A DNA stretch of 62,641 bases, the filler included. It is 7 parts of 7 records of this genome, joined end to end, with 100 filler letters (N's around TTAATTAATTAA, not from the genome) between each part and the next. Parts side by side here need not be neighbours in the genome. Positions count along the whole stretch, not along the records: positions 1 to 7,630 come from SRR31156797_4433; positions 7,731 to 19,825 come from SRR31156797_4434; 5 more parts are not named here. One strand, 5' to 3'. Position 1 is the stretch's first letter, and each line of letters opens with the position of its first letter. A program made the position numbers and the translations under genes. Under the pieces are notes generated by a model. That model did not search any database and was not told the DNA's origin. It saw only the letters and a program-made list of their open reading frames with translations. This document shows, piece after piece, positions 1 through 7,760 of this stretch.

Positions 1-1
1 T

Positions 2-874
2 AAATATTTTTCAAAAGCATATAAACTAAATCCAGGAAATAAGCTTTATTCTGTAATGACATTAATAAGTGCTGAAAAAATAAATAGGGATATAAAAGAT
101 AAAGAGTATATAGTTCAAAATATTAAATCAAAAGATGGTATGTACAAGTATTTTGGTCAGACAATTTACAAGGAGTATTTGGAGCCAAAATTTAAAGTTG
201 TTTTTGATCCCTTAACATATAATCAAACTATTTTTTATAAAGCCTTAGATTATTTAGATAAGTTAGCAATTAATAAAATAACTTTAGAGCACCCCTTATT
301 CGTTGAACATTATAAGGATCCATTAGTTTATTTAATGAAGTCAACTATTCGAAGAGAAGGGGAAAATGATTATAACTACTTTGCAAGACTTCAAGATAAA
401 ACTCCATTAAATATAAATAATAACTTTTTAGAAGGCCCACTAGTAATTACTAAATATTATGTTGATTTATTAAAAGCAATTGGTTTATTTCATAAAGCTG
501 ATTTAACTTTAGCAGGTGAAGAGAGTCCCTCTTACTTAAGAACAAAAGCTTTAAGAGAATTACATAACAGTAAACCTAAAGAGAGTTTAAAAATTTTATA
601 TGCTTTACAAAAAAAGTATAAATTAGAAGACAAATACACAATGTATCTAATTGTTGCATCACAATTAGAAGATAATAAATATAACGAAGCTCTTTTACAA
701 ATATCATTAATTAAAGCTATTTTAAAAGACCCTGGAGCAGATTTTTTAACAGGTGTACAACTTGTTCAAGATCTAAAGCTAAATAGTGCCTCACAATATT
801 TTATTGAACCTTATAAAGATTCTTTAATTGATTTCAAACTTCTTAACTTTGACTCTCTTTTAGAGTCAATGTAA
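2..874 (+). CDS. TPR-like flagellar motor accessory protein (PflB-like), 5'-truncated
   Basis: The frame is open from position 2 (KYFSKAYKLNPGNK...) into the tracked ORF. Helical TPR-like repeats; lies directly upstream of a flagellar cluster. Confidence 0.5.
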   Translation, partial: KYFSKAYKLNPGNKLYSVMTLISAEKINRDIKDKEYIVQNIKSKDGMYKYFGQTIYKEYLEPKFKVVFDPLTYNQTIFYKALDYLDKLAINKITLEHPLFVEHYKDPLVYLMKSTIRREGENDYNYFARLQDKTPLNINNNFLEGPLVITKYYVDLLKAIGLFHKADLTLAGEESPSYLRTKALRELHNSKPKESLKILYALQKKYKLEDKYTMYLIVASQLEDNKYNEALLQISLIKAILKDPGADFLTGVQLVQDLKLNSASQYFIEPYKDSLIDFKLLNFDSLLESM

Positions 875-930
875 AAATAATATAATTCCCCTCGTTTTTT
901 TAGTAATATTCATCAATTTTAATTTTTTTT

Positions 931-939
931 TGATATAAT
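931..939 (+). promoter_or_regulatory. Extended -10 sigma70-type promoter (TGnTATAAT) upstream of flaG
   Basis: TGATATAAT at 931-939, preceded by a T-tract; AAGGAGG SD at 961-967. Confidence 0.5.
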
Positions 940-972
940 AATTGTAATTCTGTACTTTTCAAGGAGGTTCTC

Positions 973-1284
973 ATGGAACTAGGAAGAATTGCTGAAATTG
1001 ATAATGCACAAGTTAATCATTCAGATAAAATTAAATCTGTTCAAGAAGTTGATGAAAAGCATAAGTCTATTCAGGATGACCAGTACAAAAAAGTACAAGG
1101 CTCATTACACGAAACAGAAAAAAATGAAGTTATACTAGATAACATAAAGTTTGGATATAACAAACAATCTCAGGACTTTTTTGTAAAAGTTACAAGAGGT
1201 GATATTGAGTATAAATATCCTACTGAAGATATGATGAGAATAAAAGCTCACATGCTTGAGTCTATAAATGAACAAGAAAAATAA
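973..1284 (+). CDS. flaG: FlaG family flagellar protein
   Basis: 103 aa; C-terminal FFVKV...KYPTEDMM resembles the FlaG signature; strong SD; flagellar context. Confidence 0.6.
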   Translation: MELGRIAEIDNAQVNHSDKIKSVQEVDEKHKSIQDDQYKKVQGSLHETEKNEVILDNIKFGYNKQSQDFFVKVTRGDIEYKYPTEDMMRIKAHMLESINEQEK

Positions 1285-1309
1285 TAAAATATAAGCAAAG
1301 GGTTTATTT

Positions 1310-2221
1310 TTGGCATCTGATTTATCAAGTTTTTTAAAAGATGAGTTAGCTAATACTTTAGAGCAGTTATTATCAAAAAGTACAACAGTTGATTCTGTAT
1401 CAGCACTAGATGTTAGTAGCTTAGATGATTCACAATGTATTGAAGTATCAGTTAAATTTGAGTTTTCAACTATTAGTTCAAATTGGAAGTTTTATATACC
1501 TTCAATTACTGCAACTAAGTTTGAGTATTTTATGCTTGGTGGAATGGGTGACTTAAAAGAGCATATTGATGATGAAATTGCTGATGCAGTAAATGAAATA
1601 ATCTCAAATGTATGTGGTAGTTTATGTACATCAGTAAATGCACAAGGTTTCCCTGATGTAAGCTCAATAAAATCAGAAGTTTTAGACTTTTCAATTAAGG
1701 TATGTGGTGATATCGAAGATAACGATAGAGTATATACTTTAGACTTAGCTTTAGATGGTGAAAAACTACCAATTTATTTATCTCTTGATGAAATAATATT
1801 ACCTTATTTAGCTTCAATAACAGGATATGATAGCTCTTCTGCTTCTGAAGTAGCATCAAGTTCACAAAGTGCTATTTCAGCTCCTACTGCTAGTGTTTCT
1901 CAACCTAGTATGGGACCAAGTGTAAGTTCTATTAGCTCACTATTATCAGAAGAATCAGCTGAAAACTTACAACTTCTTTTTAATATCAAATTAAAATTAA
2001 GTGTTAGACTGGGGACTAAAAACTTTTTATTAAAAGATATTCTAAGATGGGATATAGGTGAAATTATTGAGTTAGAACAAATGGTAAACGAACCTTTAGA
2101 TATTTTAGTTAATGGGGTAAAAATAGGAGAAGGCGAAGCTGTTATCGTAGAAGGAAAGTTTGGTCTAAAAATTAAAAATATTGGCGACAGTTCGACAAAA
2201 CTAAGTCAAATAGGAATATAA
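1310..2221 (+). CDS. fliY: Flagellar C-ring switch protein FliY/FliN (CheC-like plus FliMN_C/SpoA domain)
   Basis: DAVNEIISN CheC/CheX-like motif; C-terminal LSVRLG...GEIIEL...EPLDILVNG...GE...FGLKI SpoA domain. Confidence 0.8.
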   Translation: MASDLSSFLKDELANTLEQLLSKSTTVDSVSALDVSSLDDSQCIEVSVKFEFSTISSNWKFYIPSITATKFEYFMLGGMGDLKEHIDDEIADAVNEIISNVCGSLCTSVNAQGFPDVSSIKSEVLDFSIKVCGDIEDNDRVYTLDLALDGEKLPIYLSLDEIILPYLASITGYDSSSASEVASSSQSAISAPTASVSQPSMGPSVSSISSLLSEESAENLQLLFNIKLKLSVRLGTKNFLLKDILRWDIGEIIELEQMVNEPLDILVNGVKIGEGEAVIVEGKFGLKIKNIGDSSTKLSQIGI

Positions 2222-2224
2222 CAT

Positions 2225-2983
2225 ATGGATAAAAGTACTGCAGGTGGATTGGCTGGTGGTTGGGCCTTAGTTTCTCTAGCCATTATGTTAGGTGGTGTTG
2301 GTTTTGGACCTTATATTGATGTTCCTTCTGTAATAATTGTTATTGGAGGAACATTAGCTGTAACAGCAGGGCAGTTTGAACCAGCTGATTTAAAAAGAAT
2401 AATTCCAGCTATGAAAGTAGCTTTTAATGAGGTAAAAGTTGAGCCCTTACCTGAATTAATTGAAAAAATCACTTTCTATGCTACTGAGATTAAGAAACAT
2501 GGTGTAATGCATATTGAACAAAAGGTTTTAGAAGAACAAAATCCTTTCTTTAAAGAAGCTTTTCAGTTATTAGTTGATGGAACAAAAGCAGAAACTCTAA
2601 CTCCTTTATTAGAAACAAAATTAGAGTATATGGAAAAAAGACATAGTACAATGCATAAAATGTTTGCAAATATTGGTGGAACAGCTGGTTCTATGGGGAT
2701 GATTGGAACACTAGTTGGATTAGTTGCAATGCTTGCAAACCTTTCAGATCCAGCATCAGTTGGTCCAGCAATGGCAGTTGCTTTACTTACTACGATGTAT
2801 GGTGCATTAATTGGTACTCTTTTTGCAGGTTTAATGGAGAGTAAACTATCTCAAAAACATGCAAAAGAAGTAGAAGCATGTGAAGTAATTATCTTAGGTA
2901 CAACTATGATTGCAGCTGAAGAATCAATAGGTAATATCAAAATGCAACTAAATGCAATTTTAGTTGATGATGAGGAAGAGTAA
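2225..2983 (+). CDS. motA: Flagellar stator protein MotA/PomA
   Basis: GMIGTLVGLVAML and GPAMAVALLTTMYG TM motifs; adjacent to motB. Confidence 0.93.
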   Translation: MDKSTAGGLAGGWALVSLAIMLGGVGFGPYIDVPSVIIVIGGTLAVTAGQFEPADLKRIIPAMKVAFNEVKVEPLPELIEKITFYATEIKKHGVMHIEQKVLEEQNPFFKEAFQLLVDGTKAETLTPLLETKLEYMEKRHSTMHKMFANIGGTAGSMGMIGTLVGLVAMLANLSDPASVGPAMAVALLTTMYGALIGTLFAGLMESKLSQKHAKEVEACEVIILGTTMIAAEESIGNIKMQLNAILVDDEEE

Positions 2984-2988
2984 AATCT

Positions 2989-3762
2989 ATGGCAGATAAA
3001 AAGTGTCCTGAATGTCCTAAATGTTTACCAGGTTGGCTAGTACAATTTGGTGACTTAATGTCATTACTTTTAACTTTTTTTATTTTACTTTTATCTATGG
3101 CAGTAATGGATAAGAAAAAAGTAGAAGAGTATTTTGATATTATGAAAAAAGCAATGGGATTCATTGATGCTTCAACAGATGTTCAAACTCAGTCAGAAAA
3201 ACATTCTACTGAATCAAGTAACTCTTCAGATGATGATACAGACTCAAATGATGAGTCTATGGAAGAGAGTATGCAAGAGGTTGCAGAACTGGTAAATCAA
3301 ATGAATGACATAAGTACAGTTGAAACAGAGCAAATTCAATTGGAAAAAGGACAAAATGAGTTTACTTTAGACATACCTTCTACTATAATGTTTGAAGAGG
3401 GCGAATATGCAATTACTAATCCAAATTCAAAGAGATTTATAGCAAAAGTTGCTAGAGTAATAAGAACAATGCCTCAAGCATTTAATATTGAGATTATAGG
3501 GCATACAGCAACAAATGGTTTTCAAGATGAGAAGATACCTAGAGATAACTGGGATTTATCAGCACTAAGATCGATTTCAGTGGTAAAAGAACTTATAAAA
3601 AACAGAATTGACCCTAGTGCTTTAAAAGTATCAGCATACTCATCTTATCATCCTAAAAGTGAGTTAGCTTCTGATAATAGAAGAGTTGAAATGAAGTTTT
3701 TTGCAGATAATACAAATGATGATATTTTATCTGAAGAGAGCTTCTTTGATAGATTGGAGTAA
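2989..3762 (+). CDS. motB: Flagellar stator protein MotB/PomB (OmpA-like PG-binding domain)
   Basis: WLVQFGDLMSLLLTFF TM with the conserved Asp; NWDLSALRS and NRRVE OmpA-like motifs. Confidence 0.93.
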   Translation: MADKKCPECPKCLPGWLVQFGDLMSLLLTFFILLLSMAVMDKKKVEEYFDIMKKAMGFIDASTDVQTQSEKHSTESSNSSDDDTDSNDESMEESMQEVAELVNQMNDISTVETEQIQLEKGQNEFTLDIPSTIMFEEGEYAITNPNSKRFIAKVARVIRTMPQAFNIEIIGHTATNGFQDEKIPRDNWDLSALRSISVVKELIKNRIDPSALKVSAYSSYHPKSELASDNRRVEMKFFADNTNDDILSEESFFDRLE

Positions 3763-3764
3763 AA

Positions 3765-4067
3765 ATGGATATTAATACTAATTATCTTGATATAAATACA
3801 ATAAAAAAGAGTCCAGCAGATAATTATAAAAATCTTGACTCATCAAAACTTGAAGATGATAGTTTAAGAAAAGTAAGTAATGATTTTGAAGCTTTTTTTA
3901 TGAAGCAACTATTAGATATTTCATTAAAAGACAGTACATTTGCAGGGCAAGGTAGTGGTTCAGATATTATAAAAGGTATGTACACAGATACTATTTCTAG
4001 GCAATCAGCTGGTACTTTAGGAATCAGTGATATGTTATATAATTTTTTAAGTGAAAGAAAAAAGTAA
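3765..4067 (+). CDS. flgJ: Rod-binding protein (single-domain FlgJ)
   Basis: LRKVSNDFEAFFMKQLL...GMY...LGISDMLY Rod-binding motif. Confidence 0.8.
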   Translation: MDINTNYLDINTIKKSPADNYKNLDSSKLEDDSLRKVSNDFEAFFMKQLLDISLKDSTFAGQGSGSDIIKGMYTDTISRQSAGTLGISDMLYNFLSERKK

Positions 4068-4076
4068 AGGCTTGGC

Positions 4077-4454
4077 ATGGTTAATTCAATTGTAGATGAA
4101 ATGTTAGTACTGATTAAAAAGATGGAAGACTATATTGACCAAGATATTGAAGATATAAAAAAAGCAAGGCATGAAGAACTTCTTACTAGAAATAGTGAAA
4201 AAGAAGAGATGATTGAAAAAATTACTTCATATAAACAAGACTTAAACAATGCACTTGTTCAAGAGATGGAAAATGGAGTGGATGTTAATATTTATAGAGA
4301 TAAAGTAGATAGTTTAGAAGATGAGCTTAAAAAACTTTATGAAGCTAATAGAAAACTAGCACTAATAGTTCAACCAATACAGCAAATGTACAAAGAGATT
4401 GTTGATGAGATAACAGAATTAAATGGAGGACAAATGTTCGATGTTAAGGCTTAG
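4077..4454 (+). CDS. flgN: Flagellar export chaperone FlgN-like
   Basis: 125-aa all-helical protein after flgJ; L...L...NRKL pattern. Confidence 0.55.
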   Translation: MVNSIVDEMLVLIKKMEDYIDQDIEDIKKARHEELLTRNSEKEEMIEKITSYKQDLNNALVQEMENGVDVNIYRDKVDSLEDELKKLYEANRKLALIVQPIQQMYKEIVDEITELNGGQMFDVKA

Positions 4455-4842
4455 TAGTCTTTTACTTTTAATAGCAATTTTTTCATCTAAACTTTTTGCT
4501 ATAAATGTACTAATTGCAAAAAATGATATTCACTTTAATGAGTTTATTACTTTAGAAATGATTACTCCTGGAAAAGTTCAGAATGTGAAAAGACATTGTA
4601 ATCCTACAACTATAAATGATTTTAAAACTAAAAAACTACAAGCAACTCACTATATGAAAAAAGGTTTTGTTATTTGTAAAGATGATGTGAAAGAGTTTAA
4701 TAATAAATCAGTACTATTTAATTTTGGCTCAATTGAAATTGAAAAAAATGGAAAAATTATCTTTGAAAATGATGAATATATTAGGATTAAAAAGAGTAAT
4801 GGTGATATTGAAAAAATCTATAAAGATGGAAGAATAAAATGA
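4441..4842 (+). CDS. Exported protein, possibly a short FlgA-like (SAF) P-ring chaperone
   Basis: Signal peptide MLRLSSLLLLIAIFSSKLFA from the ATG at 4441; VLIAKNDI...ATHYMKKGFVI resembles a SAF domain. Confidence 0.4.
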   Translation: MLRLSSLLLLIAIFSSKLFAINVLIAKNDIHFNEFITLEMITPGKVQNVKRHCNPTTINDFKTKKLQATHYMKKGFVICKDDVKEFNNKSVLFNFGSIEIEKNGKIIFENDEYIRIKKSNGDIEKIYKDGRIK

Positions 4843-6005
4843 ATATGCTTTCATTCTTAGGAGAAACTCCTACTCTTGCACTTAAAAATGCTCAGGCTGA
4901 ATGTGGCGAAGAAGCAATTGTAATCTCTACAAAAAAGATTTCTAGTGCTAAAGATGGAAATAAAGATATGTATGAAGTTATCGTTGCTTTAGAAGATGAC
5001 GATAAAGAGATTAAACATACTAAAAAAATAACAACACCTGTCAGACATTCCTCATCTATTGACGATAAAAAAGATAAAAGATTTGAAGCCAAAGTATATG
5101 ATTTTAAAGAAGAGATTCTTAAAATGCAAGATGCAATTATGCAAGTACAAAAATCTCTTTGGAACCCTAAAAGTCAACTTTATGATTTAACAATACCTTT
5201 AGAATTTGTAGATATGTATAATCTTTTTGAGCAAAATGAGTTTGACCAAGAGATGACATATACTATTATGAAAAAAACTATTAAACAACTTCCTGTTGCT
5301 TTAAAAAATAATCCTAAAAAAGTAAATGATTTCTTTAAACTAGTTCTCAGACGAATTATTCCTATAAAACAAGAAATTCCATTAAGAAAACATCAAAGAA
5401 AAATTGTAATGATGGTTGGACCAACAGGAGTTGGAAAAACAACAACAATTGCTAAATTAGCTGCAAGATATGCTTATAAACTCGGACAAAACTATAAGGT
5501 GGGTATTGTTACTTTAGACTCATTTAGAGTTGGAGCAATAGAACAATTACAAGCATACACAGATATTATGAGACTGCCTTTAGAAGTAGTTAAAAAGCCT
5601 GAGGATTTAGTGGAAGCACTACTTAGACTTAAAGATTGTAACTATATTTTTATTGATACAGCAGGGTCTAGTCAATATGATGTTGATAAAATTGAAATGA
5701 TAAATGAATATCAAGAAAAGGTACATGAACTACCTATTGAAAAGGTACTTGTTCTTCCTGCAAACGTAAAGCATAGTGATTTAGTAGATATTTATACCAA
5801 CTATTCAAGATTAAATATTGATTACTTAACTTTCACAAAATTAGATGAGACAAGAAGTTTTGGAAATTTAATCTCTTTTGCTCATAAAACAAAAAAATCT
5901 ATTACTTACTTCTCTATAGGACAAAATGTACCTGATGATTTAATAGTATCTGATTCTTCTTATTTAATAGATTGTTTTATGAATAATGCTTGTGTAAGGA
6001 GATAG
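4839..6005 (+). CDS. flhF: Flagellar biosynthesis SRP-family GTPase FlhF
   Basis: GPTGVGKTTT, DTAG, TKLDET and GQNVPDD motifs. Confidence 0.95.
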   Translation: MNMLSFLGETPTLALKNAQAECGEEAIVISTKKISSAKDGNKDMYEVIVALEDDDKEIKHTKKITTPVRHSSSIDDKKDKRFEAKVYDFKEEILKMQDAIMQVQKSLWNPKSQLYDLTIPLEFVDMYNLFEQNEFDQEMTYTIMKKTIKQLPVALKNNPKKVNDFFKLVLRRIIPIKQEIPLRKHQRKIVMMVGPTGVGKTTTIAKLAARYAYKLGQNYKVGIVTLDSFRVGAIEQLQAYTDIMRLPLEVVKKPEDLVEALLRLKDCNYIFIDTAGSSQYDVDKIEMINEYQEKVHELPIEKVLVLPANVKHSDLVDIYTNYSRLNIDYLTFTKLDETRSFGNLISFAHKTKKSITYFSIGQNVPDDLIVSDSSYLIDCFMNNACVRR

Positions 6006-6007
6006 TA

Positions 6008-6823
6008 TTGTTTAATTCAATCTCTGCACAAGCAAGTAAGCTTGTAAACCTAACAAAAAGCTCATCTGTTGTATCTAAAACTAAGCTACTTACAATAACT
6101 TCAGGAAAAGGTGGTGTTGGAAAATCAACATTTACTGCAAACATGGCATATTTACTTGCAAGAAGAGGTTTTAAAGTAGCTGTTATTGATGCAGATATTG
6201 GCTTAGCAAATATGCAAGTTTTATTTGATATTAAACCACGATATTCATTATTTGATTATATTGAAGGAAGAAATACTATTGAAGAAGTTATATCTCAAAC
6301 TTCATATGAAAACATCTCTTTAATTGCAGGAAAAAGTGGTTATCAATACTCAAGTTTAAAAGCTTCTTTTGTATTAACAAGAATAGTAGAAGATGTTAAA
6401 TCTTTAAATAGATTTGATTATATAATTATTGATACCGGAGCTGGATTAAATGAATATGTACAAGAGTTTTTATCAATTTCTGACAATATTTTAGCCCTAA
6501 CTACAACGGACCCTTCCGCCTTAACTGATGTATATGCATTGATAAAAATGTTATCAAAAGATAAAGAAAAATTATTGATTTGTTTTAATCATACAAAAAA
6601 TTATAATATTGGCGAGACAATTTCTAAATCTTTAGTAAATTTAGCTAAAAAAAATAGGTTAAATTCAAAATTTATGGTAAAATATATAGGTAATGTGTCG
6701 ACATCTGCAAATATTTCAACAACATCAAGACTAAGAAAGTTATTCGTTCAAGAATTCACAAACGATGAAATAACTTTACAATTACAAAAAATAATCGACA
6801 TTTTACTAAAAGAAATTAGGTAA
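6008..6823 (+). CDS. flhG: MinD-like ATPase FlhG
   Basis: SGKGGVGKS deviant Walker A, DADIGLAN and DTGAG; follows flhF. TTG at 6008 lies after an AAGGAG SD (tracked start is 5990). Confidence 0.92.
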   Translation: MFNSISAQASKLVNLTKSSSVVSKTKLLTITSGKGGVGKSTFTANMAYLLARRGFKVAVIDADIGLANMQVLFDIKPRYSLFDYIEGRNTIEEVISQTSYENISLIAGKSGYQYSSLKASFVLTRIVEDVKSLNRFDYIIIDTGAGLNEYVQEFLSISDNILALTTTDPSALTDVYALIKMLSKDKEKLLICFNHTKNYNIGETISKSLVNLAKKNRLNSKFMVKYIGNVSTSANISTTSRLRKLFVQEFTNDEITLQLQKIIDILLKEIR

Positions 6824-6882
6824 GTAAGGTAGTTTGTGCTAATAAATAAGCATTATATATTTTTTATACTAGTAGGAAAAAT

Positions 6883-7215
6883 ATGGTTGTAGAAAGATTT
6901 TCTCAAAATCTTATCAATAGTGGTATATTTAGACTGTACATAGCTACAGGATTTTTTGCAACTTTAATTTTCTTCGTAATAAATGCTGATTTATTTACAC
7001 CAATGGAAATGATTTTTGGAATAATGGGTGTAACTATTATTTTGAAAGGTGTCACTAATATGATGCTTTCATTGATTATATTACTTTTTAATTTAGATAA
7101 TAAAAGAGAAGAACTAAAACATAAGTACAATGAAGATAAAATTGATGCTATGTTAGCAGAGCTAAGTGTTCAAGATGCACAAGAAAAAGTAGATAAAGAA
7201 ACTTCAAGTAAATAA
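6883..7215 (+). CDS. Hypothetical two-TM membrane protein in the flagellar cluster
   Basis: 110 aa; two hydrophobic helices and a charged tail; AGGA SD. Confidence 0.7.
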   Translation: MVVERFSQNLINSGIFRLYIATGFFATLIFFVINADLFTPMEMIFGIMGVTIILKGVTNMMLSLIILLFNLDNKREELKHKYNEDKIDAMLAELSVQDAQEKVDKETSSK

Positions 7216-7225
7216 GGAGAAGTAG

Positions 7226-7528
7226 ATGAATATTAATTCTATTACGGATTCAATTGGATCAATTGCTTCAAAACAAAATAATCAAGTAAATCAAGCTGCA
7301 CAATCTGATTTAAGTTTTAAAGATATGCTAAAAGATGCAGTAAATGAAGTAAATGATACGCAAGTTCAAGGATATAATGCCATGGAAGGTATTGCTACAG
7401 GAAAGGTTAAAAATCTTCAAGAAGCTGTACAAAAGATTGAAGAGGCTGAGCTTTCTTTAAAACTTGGTTTAGAAGTGAAGAATAAAGCGATTAATGCTTA
7501 TAGAGAAATAATGAAGATGCCAGTTTAA
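7226..7528 (+). CDS. fliE: Flagellar hook-basal body protein FliE
   Basis: SFKDMLKDAVNEVN...AELSL...VKNKAINAYREIMKMPV signature. Confidence 0.93.
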   Translation: MNINSITDSIGSIASKQNNQVNQAAQSDLSFKDMLKDAVNEVNDTQVQGYNAMEGIATGKVKNLQEAVQKIEEAELSLKLGLEVKNKAINAYREIMKMPV

Positions 7529-7540
7529 TAGGAGTTTATT

Positions 7541-7630
7541 ATGGGTTTTTTTGATGGATATGATATTGCTGTTTCTGGTATGAGTGCTCAAAGAACAAGA
7601 GTAAATATTACTAGTGCAAATATAGCAAAT
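7541..7630 (+). CDS. flgC: Flagellar basal-body rod protein FlgC, 3'-truncated
   Basis: MGFFDGYDIAVSGMSAQRTRVNITSANIAN (ANIAN motif) after a GGAG SD; runs into the spacer; not in the ORF track. Confidence 0.88.
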
Positions 7631-7730
7631 NNNNNNNNNNNNNNNNNNNNNNNNNNNNNNNNNNNNNNNNNNNNTTAATTAATTAANNNNNNNNNNNNNN
7701 NNNNNNNNNNNNNNNNNNNNNNNNNNNNNN
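7631..7730. other. Artificial contig-joining spacer
   Basis: N44-TTAATTAATTAA-N44, giving stops in all six frames. Confidence 0.99.
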
Positions 7731-7760
7731 ACAGGTTACAGGTTACAGGTTACAGGTTAC
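7731..7760. repeat. Heptamer tandem repeat (ACAGGTT)x4+, truncated by the contig end
   Basis: acaggttacaggttacaggttacaggttac, abutting the GH18 stop codon. Confidence 0.9.

Noticed and set aside
7675-7686. Recurrent TTAATTAATTAA palindrome (six copies)
   Set aside because: Artificial all-frame stop linker inside the N spacers.
7731-7760. CRISPR array or telomere-like repeat
   Set aside because: No spacers and no cas genes; the two contig ends carry different heptamers; the context is bacterial.
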